Assembly (NCBI GenBank): GCA_964016885.1
Contig: OZ024744.1
Location: 99,634,001-99,698,000 of the forward strand
DNA from: Eledone cirrhosa
Taxonomy: Eukaryota
Reading direction: 5' to 3'
DNA length: 64,000 nt
In this document: piece by piece, positions 1 through 12,014 of the stretch
Numbering within the stretch: the stretch's first letter is position 1
How the letters are laid out: every line of letters begins with the position of its first letter
Position numbers and translations under genes: made by a program
Notes under the pieces: generated by a model
What the model was told of the DNA's origin: nothing
Seen by the model: the letters and a program-made list of their open reading frames with translations, nothing else
Database searches by the model: none

Positions 1-139
1 TGATCAACACAAGATCTGTTGATGTAGAGTGGGATATTCCACTCCAGTGACTGCTCCACAATGATGTATAGACTGGTGATCTGATCAGCACAAGATCTGT
101 TCCTGCAGAATCCCACTTACTGAACCTGGGGCTTGGGGC

Positions 140-670
140 TGACTGCTTTCCTTTATCTTCTCCAGTAGTACTCTGTTGAGAACCTTGCCCGGCAATGACA
201 GGAGATGATCCCTTGGTAGTTGCTGCAGTCCTTGAGGTCACCCTTCTTTGGCAGTTTGATGATGATCCCTTTGCATCTCCAAGTCCAATATGAAGGCGGT
301 ACTGCTATATGAAGGACCACAAAGAAGATAAAGCAGAAGACCCAGACATTCTTCAACACCTGTCTGAGGTACATCTACAACATCAAATGGCTGGAGAAGA
401 TCAGAAATAAAGATCTGTGTGAGTGAGCAAGACAGGAACCAGTGGCTAAGCAGATCCTGCAGAGGAACTGGAGGTAGATTTGACATACCCTCAGGTAAAA
501 CCAGAATCCAGTACCACACACCAACCCTGACTTGGAACCCACAGGGTAAAAGTAAGAAAGGCCAGCCCTGTGGCAACAGGTGTGACATTGAGGCTGAATT
601 TAGAAAACTGGAAGCCAATTGGAGTGGAGTGGAGTGATGAGAGCAGCCCAGAATCATGTATGATGGCAGC
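140..670. mobile_element. Decayed RTE-clade LINE fragment with internal inversion
   Basis: Minus-strand IIKLPKKGDLKDCSNYQGI (RT N-terminus) abuts plus-strand QTFFNTCLRYIYNIKWLEKIRNKDL...WNPQGK (RTE C-terminus). Confidence 0.7.
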
Positions 671-681
671 TCGACTCCTTT

Positions 682-1220
682 TTGTCCTTTCTCTGCTCCT
701 TCCACCCCACCTTTGAGTTCACCACCTCAGAGTTCTCCACTTCTGTTAACTTCCTGGATATCTTTGTAACCTTTGACTCTTCCAATCACTCCATCTCCAC
801 CTCCACCTACTTCAAGCCCTTGGATTCCCACACCCACCTCGACTTCTCCTCCTCACACTCCACCCACACAAAACACTCCCTCCCCTATTCCCAGTTCCTC
901 CGCCTACGCCACCTGAGATTAAGTCTCATTACATGACCAGACATTACACTAGATGTAGATACCCCCTACCCTGATCCAAGCCACCCTCATCCATGCCCAT
1001 GGAATCAAACACACAACTGCTCTTACTCCATGCTATCACACCCCTACCAACTGACTGCCCTTCTCCCTCACCTACCACCCTTCTATCTTGTCCCTCCAAA
1101 ACATGATCCCCCATCTTTTCCACTGCCTACAGTCTGATCCTTTAACCTCAGCCTTTTCCCCCTCCCACCCCTCCCTTTATTCAAGTGCGCTCGTAACCTT
1201 TGGAACCTTCTCGTCCACAG
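682..1220 (+). mobile_element. Penelope-like element RT/thumb fragment
   Basis: FHPTFEFT...VNFLD...YFKP.DSHT.LDFSSSH..HTKHSLPYSQFLRLR, typical of PLE reverse transcriptase. Confidence 0.8.
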
Positions 1221-1559
1221 TGATCAGATGTGGGAGATGCATGGAGGAGGGAGGGAGGATAGTGGTTAAGAGGTTCATACTAGATGTATGCTTCAATCCA
1301 TGTGCATGGGAAGACGGGTCTTCTGTATTACTGTATAACACCAAAGCTCTCGAGAGATCCCGCTTTAGGGTGAAAACAGAAATTGTTTGCTTAAACTTTT
1401 AATCTATACTAATATTAAATATTTGCTCTACAGGCTTAAATATACTTATATATACACAACCCTTGTTGACTTCTTTCTAGGTTTTGCTCTTTGTATTTAT
1501 TAATACTACTGTGCATATATATCGCGACGACTTTACAGTGTGGACTGGGGGGGCTTCAC

Positions 1560-2760
1560 TAGATGTATGATTTAGCCTGTCCTCATAGGAGGTGTATGGA
1601 AGATTGTGATGGAGTGGAGGTGTATATAGTACCTTCTTCTGTTATATTAAGCTGGAAGTCCAGCAGAGATAAGGGACTATGTTTATCGGGGTGTTCTACC
1701 GTGAATCTTATGTTGTTATCTATGTTTGAGAATGTCGTAGATATTATGTCAGCCTCTTGACGGGATGATGTGAGGATGAGTATATCATCCATGTATCGGG
1801 TGAAGAAGATACTGGAGCTAAATCCGGATACATAAGAAATGAACTTATGTGTATGTGGAATAATTGCAGCAAGACGGATGACCAGATCACTCACACTGCA
1901 TACTACTGAAGACAAACGGACACCCAACATCTACAGTGAATTGTCTTAGGAATCGAAGGTGCGAGAATCATAAGAACTTCTCTAACACCTGCTTCATGAA
2001 ATTACCACATTTCAGCGAAAACATAACCACAGCTATCTCCAGAGCTATCTGCAAATAAGGACTGGACATACAATTAGCACACTCCGGCCCTTCACTGAGT
2101 GGATACCTGTCTAAAAAGCAATCCAGAGACAACAACAATCAATGCTCACTGACTAAGTGCCCTATCCACGATACAGCTATGTGCCAGTGGACACATGTGG
2201 TGTACCAGATTGAATGCAACAAATGTAAGGAGTTCTACATTGGTAGCACAACTCAAGCACTCCACACTCACATTAAACACACATGAATCTTTATTTAATA
2301 AACACATTAACAAATGCAGAAATACCAACAAAAATATAACTGTCAATATTGAAGCCAGAGAAAGAAATGTGGGCAATTTAAGAATTAAGGAAGCCTTGCT
2401 CATACGTAGACTCAACCCACAAATAAATAACAGAATGGAACTCAGCACACAATACTTGACATAAAAGGATACACCCACACACATACACATGCAACTTAAA
2501 CAACATCTCACACAAGAAAATTGATTCCATAAAATCTTATATACATCATTTGACATCATCTTCCAGCTTCTCATGAATACTAAAGCAAACATCAAACAAT
2601 GTTTGAAAGTGGTTTATACATTTTTAATTCAAATCTAATTTTCAAGAGAAGAGACCAGATCATTTTTTTCCTTGTAAGAGTTCCTTATACTCTGACGAAT
2701 GGAATTTTAAGTCCTGAAATATTAGGAGGAAAGAAACAAAACAACAACAGCAGAAAAAAA
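1560..2760. mobile_element. Penelope-like element: inverted RT piece (-) joined to GIY-YIG endonuclease end (+)
   Basis: Minus strand RYMDDILIL...IRFTVEHP...LLD. Plus strand VVYQIECNKCKEFYIGST and RIKEALLIRRLNPQIN (frameshifted). Confidence 0.8.
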
Positions 2761-2899
2761 AAAAAAACGGAGATTACCAGGTAACTAACTTTTTCGTTAC
2801 CTTCGTCTTACTGTCTATTTCGTATTGTTTAACCTTAGTACATATATCATTTTCCACACGGGGAAAAGTAATTCGCTGACAATTACTGGTATTTCCCGA

Positions 2900-3470
2900 C
2901 GGAATTACTCACTTCTAATTCGAAGGAGGTAAATCCCTCATCTGGGATGCCACATACTCCACCTCTAACTTAGTTGTTTCAGCCTCAAACTCTGGTACTT
3001 CGGCCCCCAATGCAGAGGAGAGGAAGACAAACAAATACTGTAGATTATCTGGCCGCTGTCGAAACCTCAGGCGTCTTCGAACCCCGTACTGCCGAACTCC
3101 TCCACAAGATGAAAACATCGGCAACCCGTCCAAGGGAGGAGCCCCGCAAGGTAGGGTGGCTGTTGCAGCGGGTGTCGCTGGCCGATGTTCGTGGAAATGC
3201 CTTTGCAGTTTTGTTTGCAGAGCACAGCCGAAACATCGCCCTGTATTAGGGATAGAGTCCCCCTCACCCTCCCTTTCTTCGGTGGTCCAAGGGACCTTGC
3301 TCTTTCCCTCTCATTTATGACATTTATACAGCCAGATCTGCCTTTCTTTACCTCTTCTTTTTTTTTCATTATTTAATTTTGTTTTTATATTTCTTTTTCA
3401 TATTTCCATCATAGTATAACTTCTTTTTATTTGTATTGTGATTTATAGAACCGTGAATAATAAAACTCGT
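2900..3470 (+). mobile_element. CRE-like non-LTR retrotransposon 3' fragment (restriction-like endonuclease)
   Basis: WDAT...AEERKTNKY...AVETSG...LLQRVSLA.VRGNA, followed by a T-rich 3' UTR. Confidence 0.7.
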
Positions 3471-5899
3471 TTTGAAATTATAATTCATTCGACTGCGCAA
3501 GCTGTGCCTCCACCATCACTGTAACTACTGTATATGTTTTATTCAGCTTTCAATCACAGAGCTATTTGGACAGATTCCTCGTCGCCGAAAGGTATATATT
3601 TTTTTCATTATTGCTTTGTGCCAAAAGTAGAAACAATTATTGCTTCACTTTTCTATTTTAAACAATGGAGTATGATAATATAAATATTCTTTCTATGCAG
3701 ACACTATTATTAATAATTTCCATGATTTATATTAATAATAAAGGAATTATTATTATTACGAAAAAAAAAAAAAAAAATACGAGTTATCTTAGAAAATTTA
3801 GGCAAGTTAATTTAAAATATTTATTTTGAATATTCATTTAATAATATTTACTTAATATTTCAGTTTGCGGTTGAACTACATTTTGCAACATGTGTTGGTT
3901 TGTAATTGCAATAGTTTCTGTATTCTATACAAAATGTCTTTACTTACATACTTAATACTTAACTAGTTTTAATATCTAACATATTTGATTGTTTTAAAGC
4001 TGTACTTTTTAATTTGTAATATTAAATGAGGATATTTTTTCCGCTTAAATACATCTAAGTAACTAGCAGCAAAAATAAATAAAAATCGGAATTAGAATTT
4101 AAAAAAATATATATATTGATAGTGATTTCCCCTTTTAATTCCGAGTCAGGAATCGTTCCGGTGGTATAATTATAAATATTGTTAAAACAACCTAAAGATA
4201 AATTTCAATGGGACATATTCTCCATTGCTATAAAACAAAGACATTTTAAAAATTTGCTGAGGCTACCTGTTAGTCAATTAAAGAGTTCGTAATTAAGATT
4301 GAGCACATTCAAATTTTGAATTAATACTATTTGGAGTTTAAGGTTAGCTAATTAAAAAATAATAAACACATTACACCTTCGTGATTCATAAATCATCCAC
4401 GGCTCCACATTTATAAGGATTTTAGTTTGTTTAGCGCCGCAAGAATGATTTTGATTTTTTTCTACAGCCAGGTTTATTTTGCTAGGGTGATTTATTTTGG
4501 GGAATGCGACCAATTTTCAGTATTTCTGAAGAAATTAAAACGGCTTAACGCAACGCACCGATTTTCACGTGGTTATTTTCAGAATTGAAACAAATTGTTT
4601 AATAGAAAATGTAGAATCTTTTATTACGAAATAGTTTTAATGAGTAAATTTTCGGCATTGGTACGGTAATTTTCAAATTCTGTATGTTAGTTTCGAATCA
4701 TATATATATTGGCACCGTTCCCTGAATGTTAGTTCGGCGAATGCTAAGGTGACATGTCTAATCGGCAAATGTAAATATAATAAAATCAATGCCGGGAAAT
4801 TTAGGACGGCTTTGTTCTCAATTTATATTTGCAACTGTTCAATTTGAGGGAGAAAGAAGGAATATGATTGAAAGACGTTAAACTATATTGCATTACCCCT
4901 CAACCCACCATCATCACAAATATTACCATAACTACTACCACCATCATCATCATCATCACCATCAACAGCAACACTACCATGACATTATTTTATAACAAAC
5001 ATTATAAGACAGTATAGTTTATATGAAGCATTGTGAGATGTGGTTACGATTGTTTTGCGAAAGCATCTAAATTACAAATATAAAAGTGAAAACGTGAGCA
5101 GGGTAATGTAAGAAAAAAAAACATAGGAAACAACAGTTTTCACTTTTATCTCATATTCCCCTTTCTTTTCAAAAAAATAAAGGGGGGGGGGGTATTCTTG
5201 AAATATAAAATATATACGGTCTCCCAAAGCAATCAACCACATGGTACGAAGATTATAGGCGCAAACATGGCTGTGTGGTTAAGGATTTTGCTTCACAGTC
5301 ACGTGGTTTCGGGTTCAGTGCTACCGCGATTGTGATTGAAATGTAACCTTCATCATAATTTAACATCCACTTTCCATGCTAGTAAGAGTTGGACGAGTGT
5401 CCGCAGACCCAGTCAGTACTAGAGCGGAGCTACTGATCTTCTAGACAGGCTGCATGTTCACATCTCGTTTATGTATGGATTCACGTTTTACCAAGGGCAT
5501 TTTATCACTGCACCAGCGCTAGTGAGGTTGTCAACTTTACAGCGTGTACTGCGTTTTTTTTATCGTGTAGATTACCAACATTAGAGGGGTTGTTGTGCCA
5601 TTGACATAACTGAGGGGTCCTCAAAAACCTTTTAGACATGGGTTCTATAACTTAGTGCCCTTCCTACCGCCAACCACCTTATAGGGTGTACTGTGTGCAT
5701 TTTCGTAGTGTCGTCACTAGAACGATTATTTGTCATAGTCCCAACTGAAGAGCCTTCTCTATTTTGTTTTTGGTGGGACGAGAGGAGAAGAGAGATACGT
5801 ATGAAGTTATGGGCGTATGGCAAATGTGGTGCTATGTAAGGGCGATTAGAAGGGGGGATGGATTTAGTGGTGTGGATGGTGTAGTCAACAGCATGTAGT

Positions 5900-7140
5900 G
5901 GGTGGGTGTTGATGTAGTGATGGAGAAATAACTAAAGGAATGTAGTGGAAAGGTAGCTAAGGAGTGGTTTTGAAGGGTGCATGCTCCAAGTCTTCCTGGG
6001 TTTGCCTCTTTCACAGGTCTCAGCTACTGGGGTTTCTCTGCATTTCTTTATGCAGCTGCTATTTTTCAAACACATGTCCATACCAGCAGTCTTCTCTCTT
6101 CCAAATTATATCCAAATTTTCCTTTCTGTTCACTTATGCTACACCATTCATGCATACTTCATTTCTTTCTAGTCTCTGCAACTCTTCTGTAGGCAAGACC
6201 CATGTTTCACTATCATGTAACATTGTAGTTCACACACAGGCATCATACAGTCTACTCCTTTGTTGTTAGCTGAGATAACAGTTCTCTTAACTTTTTCCAG
6301 CATGTTCTGATCCTGGCTATCGCACTTTCAGTGAATCCTCCCCCACTGTTGGTTTGGATCACCAAAAGCTGTCAACAACTTCTAAGAAGCCTCCTTGGCA
6401 ACTGAAAGAATCTATTTCATGTGTGTTCTTAGTGCTTATTTCTTCAGTGCATCACATCAACCACATACAATGTCTTTCTTTTCTGTTAATCTACCTGCAA
6501 TCTTGATACATCTCTTGTGTGCCCACAGATTACAATGTGTGTACCTGATAGAATTTCTGCTTGCCCTTTGCATGCTTGAAATTTTGTCTCTAATTCTCCT
6601 ACAGATTCAGCTATGAGGACTAGGTTATCAGCATATAAGAGCTCCCACAGTTTGCCGATTTTAAACTCCTCAGTGATGGCCTGAAGGTTAATGATAAACA
6701 GAAAATGGACTGAGGATTGAGTCCTGGTGCATCCCCATTTGCACTTCAAAATCATCACTGTACTAATTGCCAACTCTTACCCTGTTGGTTGCTCCTCTAT
6801 ATATGGTCTGCATGGTTCTCATAAGCCATTTGTCTACAGATTATAGAGCATGGGATCCTGTCGAAGGCCTTCTCCAGATCTACAAATGCTAGATACAGTG
6901 GCTTAGTCTTAGTTAAATACCTGTCCTATAGTTGTCTCACTAGAAAGAAGGCATCAGTAATACCCCTGCCTGGCATAAATCTAAACTGTGCATCTCATCT
7001 AACTTGATTCTGTCCATAATTAGTTGTGCTATAAACCCTTTCATCAACTTTCATGACCTGGTCCATCAACTTGATACCTCTGTAGTTACTTCTCTCTAGA
7101 GCACCCTTGTAGCAATTTACAATGATACTGCTGCAAGTCA
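5900..7140 (-). mobile_element. Old degenerate RTE LINE fragment
   Basis: YKG.ALERSNYRGIKLMDQVMKV, FVDLEKAFDR, WELLYADNLVLIAES, with stops and frameshifts. Confidence 0.8.
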
Positions 7141-7214
7141 CTGAATATGGTAAATTAGTATTTGGACAACTAGAGAACAATGAAATAAATACCACATTGA
7201 AAAACATATATATA

Positions 7215-8257
7215 TCATCATCATCATCATCATCATTTTACGTCCGCTTTTCCCTGCTTGCAAGGGTGGGACGGGTCTTATTCAGCACAGCATCTCTCCA
7301 CTCGTCACGGTCCCTCGTCATCTCCACCGTGAGCTTCAATGATCTGAGGTCTGTTCTCACCACCTCCGCCCATGTTTTTCGTGGTCTACCTCTACCACGT
7401 CTTCCTTCAACTGGCAATTCCTGGCACTTCTTCACCCATCGGTCATCCTCCATGCGCATCACATGTCCATACCACCTCAGTCTCCCCTCCCGTACACTAC
7501 ATTCTATCCCTCTCAGACACAGTTTCTCTCTCAACACATTTATGCTGGGTCGTTCACGCACATTTACACTGCACATCCAACGGAGCATGCTTGCCTCATT
7601 TCTCGCCAGCCGTCGCATATCCTCTGCAGTTGCTGCCCATGTCTCACTACCATGCAGCATCACGCTCCTCACACAGGCATCATACAACCGGCCTTTCGTA
7701 CGCAGGGAGAAACCCTTCTTCGTCAACAGAGGAAGCAGCTCCCTAAACTTCTTCCAACCCGTCCTTATTCTAGATACTATGGCCTCGGAACACCCTCCTC
7801 CCATGCTAATCTGATCTCCTAGGTACCGGAAGCTATCCACCACTTCTATAGCGCCCTCTTGCATTTGAAAAATGTGTCTATCAGTGCGACTTCTACTGTC
7901 TAATTTCCCTGTACATCTACTGCATACATATTTCTCCCTACCTGTTAGTTTGCCTGCTATCCCGCTACATCTCTTGTGTACCCAGGATCTGCATTGTGTG
8001 CATTTTATAGAATTTATGCCAGTTCCTTTTCTGCATATCGAACATGGCCATTTCCCTGACGGAATCAGGGTTTTGTCCTCTTTTCTACTCATCAACACTT
8101 TTGTCTTAGCTAGATTCACTCTCAGTCCTCTTGCTTCCAACTGCTGTTTCCATAGCCAGAATTTATTCTCTAGCTCCTCTACTGATTCTGCTATAAGAAC
8201 CAGATCGTCAGCATAGAGAAGTTCCCATGGACAGCCAGTCTTAAACTCCTCTGTTAT
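7215..8257 (-). mobile_element. Young 5'-truncated RTE LINE (open RT C-terminal ORF, (GAT)n tail)
   Basis: Open frame WELLYADDLVL...FRYLG...MLHGSETW...RLRWYGHV...GRGRPRKTW, with a PHD-like C4HC3 insert. Ends in a (TGA)n tail. A near-identical 3' piece lies at 20845-21065 (+). Confidence 0.92.
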
Positions 8258-8578
8258 ATATATATGTAGAAGTTATATTTAATTTGTTGGGATACAACAA
8301 CAAATATTTTTATAACTGATATAAAGCACTCAACAAATTTTTGGAGTAAAAATACAATATATTAACAAATGGAAACTATATTTATAAAACCATATTTATT
8401 TCATTATACATATTTCAAGGACACCAAAGCGAATTATGGGATTTAAACCTTTCCGACACTAATTTGCGTAATAGACCAATAATAAAATTAGTAACCCCAC
8501 TATCCGGGAGCTTCCAACCGACATGGTTGCATTCTTTAAGGGTATGTCAATATTTGTTTATAAAACTGATCTATATTA

Positions 8579-8641
8579 TATTTTATCTGATGAAAGCGCA
8601 CCATAATTTGCTTTGGTCCTTGAAATATATATAATGAAATA
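8579..8641 (+). ncRNA. Type-I hammerhead ribozyme motif
   Basis: TATTTTAT-CTGATGA-stem II (aag..acca/tggt..ctt)-GAAA-TATATA-TA-ATGAAATA. 8-bp stem I, palindromic stem III. Confidence 0.75.
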
Positions 8642-8850
8642 AATATGGTTTTAGAAATATAGTTTCCATTTGTTAATATATTGTATATATATATAAAATA
8701 AGGGTTGACGGACCCAGCATATTTATCAATACCAGTACCAGTTGTATCTCAGCGCACTCAATGGGCAATGTAAGATACATTACCAGAGTATACACATAGT
8801 TATTTGCCTCAACACAACACAACACACGTAAATCGGGTGCCTACAAGGTT

Positions 8851-8938
8851 CCCGGACTCGAGTTTCTGCAGCAGTAAGGTGCACTGCACCATCTGTCTGC
8901 AATAATGCACAATCGGATTATGCTGCTTCATCAGCGGG
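8851..8938 (-). ncRNA. Type-I hammerhead ribozyme motif with extended stem II
   Basis: Minus strand CCCG-CTGATGA-a-GCAGCA...TGCTGC-a-GAAA-CTCGAG-TC-CGGG. GUC cleavage triplet, palindromic ACTCGAGT stem III. Confidence 0.75.
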
Positions 8939-9188
8939 TATCGCCTAATCAATAACCAATCGATCGACATAATCCAAACACCGACCCGCGCCGGTCATGA
9001 CTGTTTGTGACAACCGACACGGTAAAGCGGTTAACTGGCAACCGATAGGACTCTATCTCTCAACTAGCCACTGATTTATAAATTTTACATGGGGACGGGA
9101 AGCTAAAAAGAATCAATCTATTAGTTCCTGTCAGAAGATCTCAGCCAACGTGTCTCACACACAAATTATCAAGGGGTGAAAAGATGGC

Positions 9189-9224
<36 letters not shown>

Positions 9225-9387
9225 AAATTTTCGCTCTACATGGCTGAATACAATAAATGTAACCTGAGTTTTTTGAATATTAATAATATCAGCCAGTCTG
9301 CGAATATGCAAATTAGTCCGATCAGTCACTATATTTTAGAAAATAGCATATATTTTCACTAGCTCTGACATTTGGCAGGTGAACAGT

Positions 9388-9437
9388 GAGCTGTACTGAT
9401 GAAGGGTGATACCCAGAAACATTAGTGTCTGCAGTTC
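9388..9437 (+). ncRNA. Type-I hammerhead ribozyme motif
   Basis: GAGCTGTA-CTGATGA-a-GGGTgatACCC-a-GAAA-CATtaGTG-TC-TGCAGTTC. 8-bp stem I, GUC triplet at 9427-9429. Confidence 0.82.
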
Positions 9438-9566
9438 TGTTCGCATGCCAACACAAGAGCAAGAATGAAGGGTTCATTCTACTGACATGGCTATAAAAAT
9501 GAGGCTTGTTTGCATAATTGCAAACGGATCGAATGTTATTATTAATATTCGAAAAACTCAGATTAC

Positions 9567-9614
<48 letters not shown>

Positions 9615-9832
9615 GAAATTAGAAAATTTGATTTGTGGGCTGGTAGGTGTGATAGAGAGGGTAGTGGTTGTCAAGTGGTGTCAGATACATCTGTCTTAGA
9701 GAATGTCAGTCTTACTGTTGCAGAAATCAAAAGATATTAATCTCTTGTGGTTGTCTCATTTATCAGGGAAGTCATTATTGTCACACATGAATAAACTTAT
9801 ACGAATTAGACACCTAGTCCACACTTATTAAT

Positions 9833-10767
9833 CTCTCTCTCTCTATAAAATTCTTTGCCTCTCTATCTGTCTCCTTATGCATTCTCAAACGGCTGGACCA
9901 AATCAAATCAAATATAACAAGGTATCGACAGCTAAGTAAATGGATATTTTATAACACAACGGCAACGTCACATTCTGTACATTTTGTATATGAGTGTGTG
10001 TGTTTGCGCGCTTGTTACGTACGTTACGCCTTAGTAAGTTACATACACATCTTCACATAAATATTTAATCAGATACACAGAGAATTAAACACGCACCCAC
10101 ACACATCTACACATACATATACATATGTAACGATTAACAAGTAAATGTCTGTGATGACTAACATAACGAATGCTGGCGGGTAAAACACTATGCGTGTGTT
10201 TGTATGAACACACATCTGCACATACACATACATATGTGACGATTGACATGTCTGTGTGTGAGTTAATTTACCCTGCATACAAAAATAGAGATTAATATAT
10301 ATTTCTTTTGGATGTTGATACTTATTTGTTTACAATATTGAAAAAAAAAATCTTTATTCTAAAAATTCCTCTCAAACCTACAGATGTTCCATTTGAATTT
10401 AAGAGGCTTCAGTTTCCAGTGAAACTAAGTTTTGTTATTTCAATTAACAAATCTCAGGGTCAATCTTTCAAGGTAGTTGGACTTGACCTCTCTACTACAT
10501 GTTTCTCCCACAGTTAACTCTATGTTGGTTACTCACATGTTGGAAGCAGCAACAATTTATTCATTTGCACACCAACAAAAAATTACAAAATGAATATTGA
10601 GATTGACAGATTTTCATTTCTAAATTCATTACAATTTTGATATTTTGTTTTATAAAATATAGATATTTTGAAATAATTATGAGAAGAAAAAAATATCTTC
10701 ATATCTATTGTTTTCTAATCTGAATAAGAACACCAATAACCCAGGCAACACCGGGTGATTCAGCTAG
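9833..10767 (+). mobile_element. Non-autonomous Helitron with Pif1 helicase remnant
   Basis: PFEFKRLQFPVKLSF..SINKSQGQS...VGLDL...FSH at about 10365-10560. 3' hairpin CCAGG-caaca-CCGGG then CTAG followed by T. TC-start 5' end is approximate. Confidence 0.8.
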
Positions 10768-10977
10768 TATATATATATATCTTTTACCCGCCCTAGATTA
10801 CATATATATGCATTCAGGTCACGCCAGGCTTCTACCTGCTGCTGGAACCATCTGCTTCATAGTTGAACAAAGGGTATACTATGTTAGAGGAAGTTCAACC
10901 ACCATATCACCTTGCCATTTTGAATTTCTTAGTGGTGATAAGAAATTTAAGTCATTCACAGGTAGATTTGTCTACAG

Positions 10978-11958
10978 CATTGTTTCCCAACCTTTTTTTT
11001 AAAGCAACTTTGGGCAGAAACTTTTTTGTCAACGTGTAACCCCCCTACCCGTAAAATTAAAATTTGAATATTATACTGAATTCATCTTAGGTATTAGTGC
11101 AAAAATAATTTCAATACTGTTTTTCTATTATAATTGCCAATGATTAAAATGCTAAAAAAAAAACAACTTTTATTTGATAGCTTATATCATCATCATCATC
11201 ATCATCATCATTTTACGTCCGCTTTTCTCTGCTTGCAAGGGTGGGACGGGAACTGATTCTGGCTTGATTTCTACAGCTGGACCTCATTTACAGTGAGTGC
11301 TGGGTGCTTTTTTTTTCCGTGGCGCCTACATGTCCACTTTACAGTGTGGGCTGGGTGCTTTTTTGCCGTGGCACCTCCACGACCACTTTGCAGTAGAATG
11401 ATAGGGACCCCAGTCCTATCATCTCATTTCTACAGCTGAGTAAACTGGAGCAATGTGAAATAAAGTGCCTTGCCCAAGGAAACAACACATCACCCGGTCT
11501 GAGAATTGAACTCACAACCTTTCGATTGCAAGGCCAATGCTCTAACCACTAAGCCATGTGCCTCCAATGTTTTAAATTGTAATGGTTGACTTTGGTGCTT
11601 ACTGGCTAAGGATCTTACACTAGGTTCTATGCTGCTTAGAAGTAATTGTAGATCTCCTTGTTTAGTAAGAAGCTGTGTCTGCATTGAAACCACATTTAGC
11701 CATAGAGGAAGTTGGAAAAGCAATGAAGAAAAGTTTGATAGCTTCCTACAGCTTTGGATGCCTTTCATGAATTTCCTTTTGTAGTCAAACTTACCAGTAT
11801 GATTTTTTTTTAAGAAGGGGCTTCAATTCGTGTAAATGGATAAATGACTACCCCTGAGTATGTTCACCACACCCTAAATTAAATAAAAACTCCCAGTGCC
11901 CCCTTTCAACAGAACAATGCCCACAATGGGGCTCTAGCACCCACGTTGGGAAACACTG
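10978..11958. mobile_element. hAT-type non-autonomous DNA transposon carrying a nested SINE
   Basis: TIR CATTGTTTCCCAAC / GTTGGGAAACACTG. 8-bp TSD GTCTACAG at 10970-10977 and 11959-11966. Confidence 0.85.
11188..11566 (-). mobile_element. tRNA-derived SINE family A with RTE-derived 3' tail
   Basis: tRNA-like head (A box TGGCTTAGTGG, B box GAGTTCAATTC), tail shared with the RTE at 7215. Other copies about 25430-25772(-), 32794-32963(+), 37901-38262(-), 38760-39107(-), 63063-63416(+). Confidence 0.85.
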
Positions 11959-12014
11959 GTCTACAGCAACAGCAATAATAATGTGGCATTCCAGTGTGTC
12001 TTGTCCACACTGTA

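Noticed and set aside
7122-7814. 230-aa plus-strand ORF
   Set aside because: It is the antisense shadow of the RTE ORF on the minus strand.
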